From the IMG/VR virus record IMGVR_UViG_3300045988_126112, positions 128,001 through 192,000 of that record: a DNA stretch of 64,000 nt; one strand, written 5' to 3'. Each line of letters begins with the position of its first letter. Position 1 is the first letter of the stretch. Shown piece by piece: positions 1 through 10,659 of this stretch. The position numbers were made by a program, and so were the translations under genes. The notes under the pieces are model-generated. The model ran no database searches and was not told the origin of the DNA. It saw only the letters and a program-made list of their open reading frames with translations. The stretch comes from a virus.

Positions 1-3000
1 CCAAGATTTTTAGCACCATTACCTATCCATTTACCAGTTTCACTAATTTTTCCACCTGCCCATTTAGCAGTATCTTTAGCTCTATCAAATAAACCTTTAT
101 GACCTTTTACTTCTTTATTATATTCTTCTAAACTAAAATTAGTTCCGTTCTTTTCATTGTATTCTTTTAATTCTTGTTGTGCTTGAGCTTGTTGTTGTTT
201 AATATTACCCATATCAACACCAATACCACTTAATACATTAATTAATATTGACATTATAGTTTTTGTAGGTAATAATGTAGCTATTATAGATAATCCTTGT
301 ATAGTTTTAACAACACCAGAAATTATTCTGTACCCAAATGGAACATTGTCTTCGGTAATTCCCATTATATTTCTTGCATCTTTAAAACCAGATATGAAAT
401 CATAAACAGCGAATCCTAAAGTTACTAATCCACCTGTTCCTATACCACCAACTACTCTAGCTAATGCAGTACCAGACATTTTTACAGCACCTTTAGATAT
501 TACTTCTAACATCTTAGGAACAGCTCTTTCTAATAAAGCTTTAGCAACTGGAATATTTTTAACTTTACCTAAAAGATTTACTACTGTTGAATTAGTAAAT
601 AATTTTGTAAATTGATTCTTAGCCCAGTTTAATAATTGACTTACTAAACCACTATTAGCAACATTAGTTAATATTTTGCCTTCCATTTTATTTGAAAGAC
701 CACCACGTTTAGCTATACGTTTAGCATCCATTTTTAAGAATTTATTTCCTAAAATTTTACCACCAGCATTAGTAACAGTTTTAGCTCCTTTTACAGCTCC
801 TTTTACAGAAGTCTTTACTGGATGTAATATAAAGTCTTTAGCTGTTTTAAATCCAGCTCTAGCTATATCTTTAGCTCCACCTTTAAATCCAGATTTTACA
901 GCTCCTTCAGTTATTTCTTCAACTCCTTCTTTAGATAAAGATTTAGTTAAAGTTTTAACTTCTCCTTCTTTAGCTATATTTTTAGCTACAGAAGTTTTAA
1001 CAGCACTAGCATATCTAGCACCTTTTCTAACTGTACTTCTTACAGCAGTATTACCTATAACAGCAGCTGCTGATGTAGTACCTTTTCCACCTTTATTTAC
1101 AGGATTACCATTTTCATCATAAGTAACTTCTTGGTCATCAGTTCCTATATCCCATCCCATACCTTTAAGTATTGATGGTATTAATTCTGAACCTATAAAT
1201 TTAACAGTTCCTTTTAATAATGATGGTATTTCTTGAACTAAAAGAACTAATCCATCTTTAAGTCTTGGTAATGCTTCTTCAGTTAACCATGGTTTTATAG
1301 TAGTATCCCAGTTTTCAGATATTGCTGGACCTATTTTAGTTTTAAATAAATCAATTATTTCTGGAAGATACATTAATCCACCTATAACTAAAGCACCTTT
1401 TCCTATAGTACCAAATATCCCTCTAGTGAATAATCCTCCTATAGCACCTCTACCTAATATACCACCTAATAATCCTTTAGCTCTTCCAAGTAAGCCTTTA
1501 CCTATACCTAAAGCCATAAGTAATTTACTTAACCAACCACCAGATTTCTTTTCTTCATCTTCTTCTTTTTCATTTTTCTTAAATAATCCAGAGAAACTAT
1601 CATAGAATGCTTCTTGTTTTTCTCTTAATCTTTGAGCTATTCTAATTGATTTTCTAGTTGATGAATCTGTTGAATCTGTTTCATATTGACCAGTTTTACT
1701 ATCACGTTTCATTACAACTTCATTACCTTCAGCATCTAATATAGATTTCTTCATGTCATCAGATAATCCGTCTTTAACTTCACTAGTATCTACTGATTTT
1801 TTAATTTTTTCAACTGCTGTTTCATCTTGTTGTTTCTTAGCTTCTTCTTCACCAGTTTTCTTTACTTCATCTTCTTTAGCCTTTTTAGCTTCAGCTTCTT
1901 CTCTATATTGTTTCATTATATCTTTATATGAAACTGTACGATATTTCTTAACATAAGTTTGTAAATCAGCTAAAGGCATTTTTCTAACAAAATCAGGTTG
2001 ATCATCTAAAGATTTAATACCAATTCTTCTTAATAGTATTTGACGTTTCTTTTGATCTAAAGATAATACTTGTTCATCTCTATGAACAGCATCATCTAAT
2101 TCTATTTTAGAATTAGCTCTTCTTTGTTGGAATTCATCTCCAGTTTTAAAATCTCTTATTTGTTCAAGTAACTTATTAGTTTCGTCTTGTTTATCAGTAA
2201 GAGATTTATTAAGATCTGTAATACCTTTGATTATTTCAGTTATCTTCTTATTTCTCTCATCATCTTTAATATCTTCTGGAGTTATAACTTTACCTTTAAG
2301 ATTTCTAAGTCTATCTTCAGATATCGCTAATTTACCAAAAGTTTCTAAAGATAATTCTTTTCCTAATTTTGTTGAATTTCTAGCTAATTCTTTTACTTTT
2401 CTTTCATAAGCATTTTTACCTTTTTCTTTATCAAGTCTTAAATCTTCAGTTATTTTAAATTCATTCATTAAGTCCATTATCTTATTAAAGTCAGCATTAT
2501 CATCTAATTTAATTCCTTGATCTTTAGCAAGTTTTCTTAAATAATTTATAGCCATTTCAGATTGACCATAATTTAATCCACCTAAGATTATATTTCTATC
2601 TTTAATCTTTAATTTACCATTTGCACCGATATTCATATTTTTAAGTAAAGCTGTTATTTCTTTTCCAGCTTTTATTTTATTCTTTTCATATTCTTTATCA
2701 GTAACACCAAAAGCTTTATATTGATTAACAAATTCTCCAAGTTGGTCATTTGTCATTGATGCTAATATTTTATCAGCTTCATCATTATTATAACCATTAT
2801 CTTTTACCTTCTTATTATATTTATCTCCATATATATTTTGAAGGTATTCTTCACGAGTTACTTTACTATTTGGATTAGCTTTCTTATAAGCTTCAAATTG
2901 TTCATCAACTTGATTTTTTACATTATCAGCAGCTTCTTTTCTTTCATAGTAAGTATCTCTTAATATCCTAGAACCATAATATTTTTTATAATTTGAAGTG

Positions 3001-6000
3001 TCTTTAAGCATATTTTGCATAACTTTCTTACTTTCTTCGTCTTTAACATCTCCAAATCTTTTCTTAATTAAATCTTGAGCTTGATCATGGAAACCAGTTC
3101 TCATTAAGAATCTTAATTTATTGGCATCTTTTTTACCAAATCTTTTTTCCATTTCTTCTGCAGCATTATTAAATGAATCTCTTTTAATCTTTTGAGATTG
3201 ATCATAGAAGAAATCCATTTCATTTTGATTATTCATATAATTAAGTCTTTCTTCTGCTGTCATATCATCAGCTGTACCAACTCTTATTTGATGTCTTTGA
3301 GTTGCACGTCCTATTCCACCTAGTATTCTAGCTGGAGTAGATATAATTCTACCAACTGTTCCTAATAAACGTTTACCTAAATTCTTAAATGGACTAAATA
3401 TAGTACTTAAGAATTTACCAACTTTTTCTTTTATTGGAACAACTAAAGTTTTATTGAAGAAATTAATTATACCTTTAGCTATACCACCAAATACTGTTTT
3501 AAACATTATACCAATTTGTTTTGTTATAGGTTTAAAAGCATCTTTTAATGGTTTTAATATATCACGTTTAGCCCAATTAATAAATGGACTAAATATTTTA
3601 TCTTTCATGAAACCTATTAATCCACCTTCTTGTTCTCCAGTTTGTGGATTATAAGTACCAAATATCATTTCTTTAAATTTATCTGTAGTTGATGCATATC
3701 CTAAAGCTGAACCTATTAAGATACTACCAAGTACACCAAATGGACCACTTAGATGTAACATGTTTAATCCAAATCCTACACCAGCACCTGCTAATATATT
3801 AGGAAGATTCTTCTTAAATTTATTCCATCTATCTTCTCCTATAATACCTGTTTCTCCGAATAATCTATTTTGTATAGTTGCATTATTTTTAGCTACACCT
3901 AATGCAGATCCTATTAATAATCCAGGAACTGGACCTAAAGGATTTAAAGCAGTAAAGCCAGAAAGTAAACCAACTATACCATATTTTTTCATATCTGGGA
4001 ATGTTTTAGCAACTGTATTGACAAAGTCTTTAGGTAATAATCCTCCTTTACGTCCGATATAATTACCATCTTTATCAAATTCTTTTTCACCAAATAACAT
4101 TGCTTGTACTTTTGCACTATTTTTAGTTAATGCTATACCAGAACCTACAGCTGCTCCTAATAATGGACCACCTATAAATCCTGTAAGTAATGATGCTCCA
4201 CCACCTAATAATGCTCCAGATACAACATCTGGTCCATATAGTTTAGCTTCACCCATTACTTCTTTCATTGCATTTGCTGATACTTTTTTATCTTTCTTAC
4301 CGTCTTTATCTCCAACAATAGCTTCCATAGTTTTATTAATAGCTCTTTTATAAACTTGGAATGTTTCAGAGAATATATTAGTATAATCTCCTGCTACACC
4401 TTTATCAGTTTGATTACCAGAATTATTAATAACTCCTTCATTACGTTGATTCAAGGCTTGTTGAGTTATTTTAGCTATTTTTACAAAGTGTTTTTGTTGG
4501 TCTTCATTATCTAAATTAGCAAAATCATTACCAACTTCTCCACTTCTTCCAAGCATAGATATTATAATATTAGGATCTACATTATCAGCTCCCATTACAG
4601 CAGCTATATTTTGATATAAATATTTAGCTTGGTCATGCACTTTATTATCTTTCCATTTACCTGATTGAACTTTAGCCATAGCTTCTCTTATTTGATTAGC
4701 TATTTGATTACGTTTATCACCTGTAAGTGAAGGAACAACAGTTTCACCTTTACCTACTATAGCTAATTGATCTTTATCTATTACTCCACCTTTAGCAAAT
4801 CCTGGTATACCAACTCTACCAAAATATCCTTTAACTGCATTTTGTATATCAGTAGTTAATCCATCCATAAAATCATTTAATACTGCTTGTTCATTTCCTG
4901 CTTCTATATTTCTTAAAGGATTTTGCATAAATGGTGTTATTCTAGGACCAGGTTTAAATTGGTTCTTATTACCATTTCCTTGTAAAAGATTTAATATTTG
5001 TTTCAAAGTACTATCTATACTTTCAGTAGTAGAAGTTTGAGTTTGCATAGATTCTTTTATAAATTTATTATCTGTAATAAATTTAGAACCACCTTCAGTA
5101 AGATTATCAGACCAAGGTCTATCTTTATCTAATTGATCTTCAGGTCTTTCTTTAGATTGATTATATTTCTTAATTCTATCAAAAGCATCTAAAGCTTCTA
5201 TATCTTCTACACCATTACCAGTATCTAAAGTTCCATCTTCTTTTAATCCTAATGCATCAGTAATAAATTCTGTAAGTTCATTAAATGTATCTTCAACATC
5301 TTCTATTTGTCTAGATAATTCTTTTATACGTTTATTAGCTGGAGCATTTTCAGACATTTTATAACCTGTACCTTTTTTATTATATATCTTTTGTTTAGCT
5401 CTTATAGCAACATCTTTCTTATCACTTATATCTTTTATAACACTATCTTTTTGACCTAATATATCTTTAATAGTTATACCTTCAAAATTATCAGCATAAT
5501 TTGAATCTCTATCTTTAAATAATTTATCTATAGATTTAGATACAAAATCATACATATCTCCATCTTCGCTGCCTAATATTCCTGCAAATGAATCAAGTAA
5601 TTTTTGTTTAGCAGTTTTATCATATTGTAAATCTAATCCAGCTATAGATCTTGGATCATTTTTATTAAGATTAGATTCACCAGTTTCAATCATCTTTTCT
5701 ATTTCAGCTATTTGTTTATTTAAATCTTCTGATTCTCCATTAAGAGAAACTTCACTTAATAAACCTTGATATCTATTATCTAATGTAGCTAAATATCTTA
5801 ATGCTGGTAAACTCATATCATTTGAACGAATTGATTGTTCAATTTGTTTAGTCAATTTATCTATTTTTTGTTTTTCTATCTTTTGTAATAATTCGGTATT
5901 GACTTTTCTCATACCATTCTTTTTACCATCTTTAGTAACTCCATTAAAGTTTCTAAATCTACCTATCTCAGTACCGTTTTGTTTTTCTAATTCTTTAAGT

Positions 6001-9000
6001 CTATCTTGAGATTTCTTTAATTGATCAACAACATTCTTATCTTTACCAGTTAACATTTCTTCAGCTAATCTACGTTGTTCTTCTATTGGAAGATTTTTAA
6101 ATTCAGAGCTTTGGAAATATTCATAAGCTTGTTCATTAAGAACATTTTGTCTTTGTCCTATATCATATTTATTAAAATTATTCTTATTAATAATATTCTC
6201 TCTAGCATTATCATAATCTAATAATTCTTGTTCGATATTTTGATTACTATCTCTCATTTCTTTTAATCTTTTCATTGCTTTATCTAATCTGTCATTAAGT
6301 TTAGCTATTGTATCTTTACATTTCTTTATTTCAGCTTTGACTTTTTTAGCTTTAATTTGTTGCTGTTTATTTCTACTTTTTCTTAAAGCTAAATATTGAG
6401 TATTGTAATCATTTAAATCTTTAGTAACTGATCTAATTTGTTGTCTTAAAGTCATTACTGACATATTAAGAGATCTATATTCTTTTATATCTTTTAAATT
6501 CTTAGTTTCTTCATCTAATTCTTTTAATTCAAGTTTAATATTATTTATATCAAACATATCATTTATATTATTAGATTCACCACTTTGAACTTTTCTAGCA
6601 TGCTCAATACTTCTCTTAGTTTTATCAAATTTTTGTTTTCCATTAAGATTATCATAATTATCAAAATCATAATTTCTTAATATCTTTGTAACTGTTGTAG
6701 TTATATCATCTTCATCAAATTCTTCTTGATTATTATCTTCTTTCTTTTTATCAAAAAAGTTTTTAGATTTGAATAAATTAGTTAATGGGCTAAATACATC
6801 TTTAACAGAATCAGTTATAGAAGTACCGATACCTTTAAGAGTATCACTCATTTTTTCTCTAACTTGTTTAAAGAAATCTTTAGCTCCTTGTTTCTTTTCT
6901 TCCAATCCAAACATTTCAGATATCTTACCATATATACCTTTTATAAGTCCTTTATCTTTATCTAATCCTAATCTATCTTTTAATGGATTAAGAATCTTTT
7001 CATCCATAAATTCATTGAAATGATTAAAAGATTTTTTCATTTCAAAAAGTAAATGATCTAATATGCCTTTAATAGATTTCTTACCATTTTCTCCTTCTTT
7101 ACCATATATTAATTCAAATAATCCTTGATCTACTTTTACAGCTAAATCAGTCATTATTGAAGAAGGACGTTTAATATATTTTTGAGCTTTTTCAGCAAAC
7201 TTATCAAATTTAGAACTAAATGATTTACCACTTAATCCCATTTCTTCTTTAAGTTTATCAAATTCAGTCTTTTCTTTTTCAGCTTCTTCTCTAAGTTTAT
7301 CTTTATTTTTATTAGTTTGAACGTTGCTTCTAACAGCTCCTCTAACAGTTTCATCATCTAAATCAGATATATTAACTAATAATTCTCCTTTTTCTAATCT
7401 TCTAGCTTGTTGTCTTAAAAATGTTTTATTAGCTCTATCTCTTTCAAGTGCTTTTTTAGTACTTTCACTCATCTTTTCATTTTCACTTCTTGTATCTTTT
7501 ATAGCTGTTTCAGATAGTGATCTAAAACCTCTATCATATCTTTGAGTATAAGTATTACCATCAGCATCAATTATATCGTAATTTTGTACTAAATCCAAAG
7601 GCATACCTTGGATATTTCCTCCACCACCAAATCCTTGAGCTGTTATACGTCTCATATAATTTAATTCTTTATACATACTTTGCATATAGAAGAATATATT
7701 CTTACCATAATTATCTTTAGTATCTAATAAAAGATTAGTATTAAAAGAAGTCTTTTCAGCTTTTTTATTTTTCTTACCATTTAATTCTTTAGCAAATTGA
7801 TTATGATTAGCATTATTAAATAAATATGCATATTGTCCACTTTTTTCTATATCTTTAAAACGTCTAGTTTGATTGCCATATTGATCTTGCATATCTGCAT
7901 TATATTGCATCATAATATTTCTTGGTAATTCTCTTAATATAGATTGTATAGCTAATAAATTCTTTTCACTAACACCATAATCTAAATATTTTTCATTAAA
8001 ATTATTCTTTTGATAATCAATTATTTCACCTTTGTTATATGAAGTTTCAAATAGTTTTTCTAAATCTTTAAAGAATTGATCATATTCTTCTTTACTACCA
8101 AAAGCTAAATTTTTATTAGCTATTTCTCTTACTTGTTGCATAGGTTCAGATGCAGCACTTTTCCAGAAAGAATTTTTCATATTATCAAATTCTTTTTTCA
8201 TTTCATCATAAGTAACAAATTTACCTGTTTCATAATTAAATGTAGTTTCTTGACTTCCTGTAAGAGCTGATAATATTTTGCTTAATTGTTGTGGTATAAC
8301 TTCAGTTAAAGCTTTTTGAGATTTACCATTCCAATCAACTTTACCTTTGTCATATTGAGAAACATCTACACTAGTTTTTGGTGAATTTTTTATACCAAAT
8401 ACTTTTCCAAGCATTTTTTCTAGCATACTATCTTCAGAATTAGACATAGTATTTAATTTTGTAACCATAGATGCAAAGAATCCACCTATAGTTTTATTCA
8501 TATTATTAAATGCTTTTTCTAAATCTTTAGGTGTCATTCTATTAATCATAGAAGATAATAAAGCACCATATGGGTTTGCAGCAAATAATGCAAGCATATT
8601 ACTATTTTCACCAGTACCTTGCATCATCATATTCCAAGCTCCACCTGTTAATTCATTAAGATAAGAATTTGAATTTTTCATTATTGTTTTACCATATGCA
8701 ACTAAATCAGGCATACCACCAGCATCAACAACATCATTATATCCAATTTTATTTTTCTTACCTTCTTCACTATTAGTAGTAGCTTCAATCTTTCTAGTAT
8801 TCTCAGCTATTTCTCTTAATAATGAAACTTGATCTTGTAAAGCTTTACTTGTATTTGTAAAGAACTCAGTTGAATTTGATAAATGAGGTGTCAAATTTTT
8901 ATCCAAGTATTGCATTACGCTACCAATATTACTATTCATAGCATCTAAATGACCATTCATAATACCAAAAGCTTTAGTATTTTGAGTATATAAAAGATTT

Positions 9001-9671
9001 GTATTTTTTATATTTACTTTAGATGAGTATTCAGCACTTCTAGCAACAGCCATAGATATAGCGTTAGCATTAGCTTGTGATGTATTTTCTATACTACTAA
9101 TAGTTGCTAATGTTTCTTGAGCAGTTCCACTAGTTTTACTACCACTAGATGATGAATCAGTAGCTTCATCATCCCAATTATCGTCAAAATCAGAAAAATC
9201 ATCGTCCCAATCATCTAGATTTAAATCTCCAAGATCAGCACTAAGATTATCATCAAATCCAGAGCCCATGTCATCACTAAGCCCCATTTGTTTCATTTCC
9301 ATTTTTTCAAGACGTTCTTTATTATAAAGATTACCTGTCATTATATCTTCTTTAAGTGCTCTTAATCCTACATCAGCAGCTTCATAGAATTTAGTTTTCA
9401 TGATAGCATCTAATCCACGTCTATAAGTAGTACGATAATCCATAGCAGATTTGTATATTGTTTTAAATAAATCATTATTAGTATCAGAGAAATCTGATAT
9501 AACTGGATTCATTTGTTTCATCTTTTCAACAGCAACATATGTTATAGATTTACCTACATTATAAAGATATCCTTGTCTTTTACCTAATTTTTGTTTATTA
9601 GTTTCAACTTTAGGTTTTCTACTAGCATTCTTCTTTAATTGCTTAACAGCACTAGGACTTTTATTTGCCAT
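1..9671 (-). CDS. tape measure protein, giant (N-terminus at 9671; C-terminus beyond the window; >=3223 codons here)
   Basis: ATG at 9671-9669 is preceded by GGAGG (9684-9680, 8-nt spacer). I translated this frame at three places and all agree: 9671 (MANKSPSAVKQLKK...), about 4830-4741 (GYFGRVGIPGFAKGGVIDKDQLAIVGKGET, typical of tape measure proteins) and positions 5-3 (..GKWIGNGAKNL). The track lists no complete minus ORF in 1-9671, as expected for an ORF open at the window edge. The + strand ORFs at 676-7545 are its low-complexity antisense shadows. The middle is K/E-rich coiled coil and the C-terminal third has Gly-rich hydrophobic segments. Confidence 0.8.
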   Translation of the reverse strand, partial: MANKSPSAVKQLKKNASRKPKVETNKQKLGKRQGYLYNVGKSITYVAVEKMKQMNPVISDFSDTNNDLFKTIYKSAMDYRTTYRRGLDAIMKTKFYEAADVGLRALKEDIMTGNLYNKERLEKMEMKQMGLSDDMGSGFDDNLSADLGDLNLDDWDDDFSDFDDNWDDEATDSSSSGSKTSGTAQETLATISSIENTSQANANAISMAVARSAEYSSKVNIKNTNLLYTQNTKAFGIMNGHLDAMNSNIGSVMQYLDKNLTPHLSNSTEFFTNTSKALQDQVSLLREIAENTRKIEATTNSEEGKKNKIGYNDVVDAGGMPDLVAYGKTIMKNSNSYLNELTGGAWNMMMQGTGENSNMLALFAANPYGALLSSMINRMTPKDLEKAFNNMNKTIGGFFASMVTKLNTMSNSEDSMLEKMLGKVFGIKNSPKTSVDVSQYDKGKVDWNGKSQKALTEVIPQQLSKILSALTGSQETTFNYETGKFVTYDEMKKEFDNMKNSFWKSAASEPMQQVREIANKNLAFGSKEEYDQFFKDLEKLFETSYNKGEIIDYQKNNFNEKYLDYGVSEKNLLAIQSILRELPRNIMMQYNADMQDQYGNQTRRFKDIEKSGQYAYLFNNANHNQFAKELNGKKNKKAEKTSFNTNLLLDTKDNYGKNIFFYMQSMYKELNYMRRITAQGFGGGGNIQGMPLDLVQNYDIIDADGNTYTQRYDRGFRSLSETAIKDTRSENEKMSESTKKALERDRANKTFLRQQARRLEKGELLVNISDLDDETVRGAVRSNVQTNKNKDKLREEAEKEKTEFDKLKEEMGLSGKSFSSKFDKFAEKAQKYIKRPSSIMTDLAVKVDQGLFELIYGKEGENGKKSIKGILDHLLFEMKKSFNHFNEFMDEKILNPLKDRLGLDKDKGLIKGIYGKISEMFGLEEKKQGAKDFFKQVREKMSDTLKGIGTSITDSVKDVFSPLTNLFKSKNFFDKKKEDNNQEEFDEDDITTTVTKILRNYDFDNYDNLNGKQKFDKTKRSIEHARKVQSGESNNINDMFDINNIKLELKELDEETKNLKDIKEYRSLNMSVMTLRQQIRSVTKDLNDYNTQYLALRKSRNKQQQIKAKKVKAEIKKCKDTIAKLNDRLDKAMKRLKEMRDSNQNIEQELLDYDNARENIINKNNFNKYDIGQRQNVLNEQAYEYFQSSEFKNLPIEEQRRLAEEMLTGKDKNVVDQLKKSQDRLKELEKQNGTEIGRFRNFNGVTKDGKKNGMRKVNTELLQKIEKQKIDKLTKQIEQSIRSNDMSLPALRYLATLDNRYQGLLSEVSLNGESEDLNKQIAEIEKMIETGESNLNKNDPRSIAGLDLQYDKTAKQKLLDSFAGILGSEDGDMYDFVSKSIDKLFKDRDSNYADNFEGITIKDILGQKDSVIKDISDKKDVAIRAKQKIYNKKGTGYKMSENAPANKRIKELSRQIEDVEDTFNELTEFITDALGLKEDGTLDTGNGVEDIEALDAFDRIKKYNQSKERPEDQLDKDRPWSDNLTEGGSKFITDNKFIKESMQTQTSTTESIDSTLKQILNLLQGNGNKNQFKPGPRITPFMQNPLRNIEAGNEQAVLNDFMDGLTTDIQNAVKGYFGRVGIPGFAKGGVIDKDQLAIVGKGETVVPSLTGDKRNQIANQIREAMAKVQSGKWKDNKVHDQAKYLYQNIAAVMGADNVDPNIIISMLGRSGEVGNDFANLDNEDQQKHFVKIAKITQQALNQRNEGVINNSGNQTDKGVAGDYTNIFSETFQVYKRAINKTMEAIVGDKDGKKDKKVSANAMKEVMGEAKLYGPDVVSGALLGGGASLLTGFIGGPLLGAAVGSGIALTKNSAKVQAMLFGEKEFDKDGNYIGRKGGLLPKDFVNTVAKTFPDMKKYGIVGLLSGFTALNPLGPVPGLLIGSALGVAKNNATIQNRLFGETGIIGEDRWNKFKKNLPNILAGAGVGFGLNMLHLSGPFGVLGSILIGSALGYASTTDKFKEMIFGTYNPQTGEQEGGLIGFMKDKIFSPFINWAKRDILKPLKDAFKPITKQIGIMFKTVFGGIAKGIINFFNKTLVVPIKEKVGKFLSTIFSPFKNLGKRLLGTVGRIISTPARILGGIGRATQRHQIRVGTADDMTAEERLNYMNNQNEMDFFYDQSQKIKRDSFNNAAEEMEKRFGKKDANKLRFLMRTGFHDQAQDLIKKRFGDVKDEESKKVMQNMLKDTSNYKKYYGSRILRDTYYERKEAADNVKNQVDEQFEAYKKANPNSKVTREEYLQNIYGDKYNKKVKDNGYNNDEADKILASMTNDQLGEFVNQYKAFGVTDKEYEKNKIKAGKEITALLKNMNIGANGKLKIKDRNIILGGLNYGQSEMAINYLRKLAKDQGIKLDDNADFNKIMDLMNEFKITEDLRLDKEKGKNAYERKVKELARNSTKLGKELSLETFGKLAISEDRLRNLKGKVITPEDIKDDERNKKITEIIKGITDLNKSLTDKQDETNKLLEQIRDFKTGDEFQQRRANSKIELDDAVHRDEQVLSLDQKKRQILLRRIGIKSLDDQPDFVRKMPLADLQTYVKKYRTVSYKDIMKQYREEAEAKKAKEDEVKKTGEEEAKKQQDETAVEKIKKSVDTSEVKDGLSDDMKKSILDAEGNEVVMKRDSKTGQYETDSTDSSTRKSIRIAQRLREKQEAFYDSFSGLFKKNEKEEDEEKKSGGWLSKLLMALGIGKGLLGRAKGLLGGILGRGAIGGLFTRGIFGTIGKGALVIGGLMYLPEIIDLFKTKIGPAISENWDTTIKPWLTEEALPRLKDGLVLLVQEIPSLLKGTVKFIGSELIPSILKGMGWDIGTDDQEVTYDENGNPVNKGGKGTTSAAAVIGNTAVRSTVRKGARYASAVKTSVAKNIAKEGEVKTLTKSLSKEGVEEITEGAVKSGFKGGAKDIARAGFKTAKDFILHPVKTSVKGAVKGAKTVTNAGGKILGNKFLKMDAKRIAKRGGLSNKMEGKILTNVANSGLVSQLLNWAKNQFTKLFTNSTVVNLLGKVKNIPVAKALLERAVPKMLEVISKGAVKMSGTALARVVGGIGTGGLVTLGFAVYDFISGFKDARNIMGITEDNVPFGYRIISGVVKTIQGLSIIATLLPTKTIMSILINVLSGIGVDMGNIKQQQAQAQQELKEYNEKNGTNFSLEEYNKEVKGHKGLFDRAKDTAKWAGGKISETGKWIGNGAKNL

Positions 9672-9729
9672 TTTGATTACCTCCTTTTACAAAAAATAAA
9701 TATTATCTTAATGTTAAAAAACAAATTTG

Positions 9730-9912
9730 AAGGAGATACAGCGTTAGCCGTATCTCCTTGTAGAGTGTAGAAATTATTCAATATGTTTGAATAACAATGT
9801 GGTACACTAAGTGTCGGGGAAAGTTGAACACTTAGTGATTCAAGAGTTAAAGCTTTAGTATATAGCTCATCATATAAAGTTTTTTGGGTCGGGAGTTTCT
9901 ATAAAAAACTTT
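9730..9912. other. cluster of four perfect stem-loops in the 275-nt gap upstream of the tape measure gene
   Basis: Stems read directly: AAGGAGATAC/GTATCTCCTT (9730-9759), TTATTCAA/TTGAATAA (9774-9794), CACTAAGTGT/ACACTTAGTG (9805-9837), AAAGTTTTTT/AAAAAACTTT (9876-9912). On the minus (gene) strand the 9759-9730 hairpin is followed by a T-run and so looks like a terminator. Confidence 0.6.
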
Positions 9913-9946
9913 TAAATATACTAGCCTACTTTTATGTTAGTTTAAT

Positions 9947-10471
9947 TTATTTTTTATTTTTCAAATGTTTTGGACAAGGAGAACTTGCTTTTACACCTTT
10001 ATGAGCTGGTGTTATAGATTCACCTTTGTCATAAGTTCCATCTTCATTTTTCTTAGGGAAATATGCAACTTTTTCTTCTGTTTCTTTAAGCATAAAGCTT
10101 ATATCAGAATCTGCTTTGCAGCCTAAAGATATTTTTCTTCCTGTATCTAAATATCCTAGCATGAATTCTTTAGATATATCTACTAAATTACTAGCATCTG
10201 CTTTTGTGAATTGCATGTTATTAGCTAATTCTTGAGCTTCTGCTGATGGTATTGAAGCACCTTTATTTATTATTGATGCTGCTAATTGTACTGCATTATC
10301 ATGTGGGCAACATTCTCTAACTACTTCACCTACATTATTATATTCTGCAGTCTTAAACTCTGGGTCATTTATCATTGCATGCATTACATCTCTTTCATCT
10401 TTTTTACTTTGTCCTTTTTGAGTTAATCCTTCATTAATTTCACTTATTAATTTTCTAGCGTTGAATTCCAT
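9947..10471 (-). CDS. hypothetical protein (possible tail assembly chaperone, by position only)
   Basis: ORF track, 174 aa. TAGGAGG lies upstream of ATG 10471. I recognised no motif. The gene sits directly upstream of the tape measure gene. Confidence 0.8.
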   Translation of the reverse strand: MEFNARKLISEINEGLTQKGQSKKDERDVMHAMINDPEFKTAEYNNVGEVVRECCPHDNAVQLAASIINKGASIPSAEAQELANNMQFTKADASNLVDISKEFMLGYLDTGRKISLGCKADSDISFMLKETEEKVAYFPKKNEDGTYDKGESITPAHKGVKASSPCPKHLKNKK

Positions 10472-10483
10472 AATTCTTACCTC

Positions 10484-10639
10484 CTAATTATCTTTTTTAT
10501 TATTGTTAATAGATTTTATTTTATAATGATACACTATTGGGTTAAATGGCTTTCTTTTTTTCCCATTCTCCCTAATAATGTCATTTAACTGTTCTTTAGT
10601 ACAATTTGAAATCGTACTAATAAAATTTTTTTTATCCAT
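10484..10639 (-). CDS. small hypothetical protein (51 aa, below the ORF-track cutoff)
   Basis: Hand-translated as MDKKNFISTISNCTKEQLNDIIRENGKKRKPFNPIVYHYKIKSINNNKKDN. It fills the gap between its neighbours. The RBS is a weak AAGGAA, and its TAG overlaps the SD of the next gene. Confidence 0.45.
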   Translation of the reverse strand: MDKKNFISTISNCTKEQLNDIIRENGKKRKPFNPIVYHYKIKSINNNKKDN

Positions 10640-10659
10640 ATTATTTCTTTTCCTTTCTT

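Noticed and set aside
676-7545. Seven + strand ORFs in the track (676-1122, 1753-1956, 2227-2409, 3454-3654, 3760-4062, 6769-7023, 7324-7545)
   Set aside because: Their translations are low-complexity and S/L/F/P-rich, and none has an SD. All lie antisense to the continuous minus-strand tape measure ORF, so they are shadow ORFs.
9730-9912. tRNA or tmRNA in the structured gap (also checked in the other GC-richer hairpins)
   Set aside because: The stems are simple consecutive hairpins. There is no cloverleaf arrangement, no GTTCRANNC T-loop and no acceptor-stem pairing. I found no tRNA-like sequence anywhere in the window by eye.
9673-10471. Canonical G/GT tail-chaperone frameshift pair upstream of the tape measure gene
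   Set aside because: Only one ORF (9947-10471) is present. It is followed by a 275-nt structured gap, not by an overlapping -1 frame ORF, and I noticed no slippery heptamer at its end.
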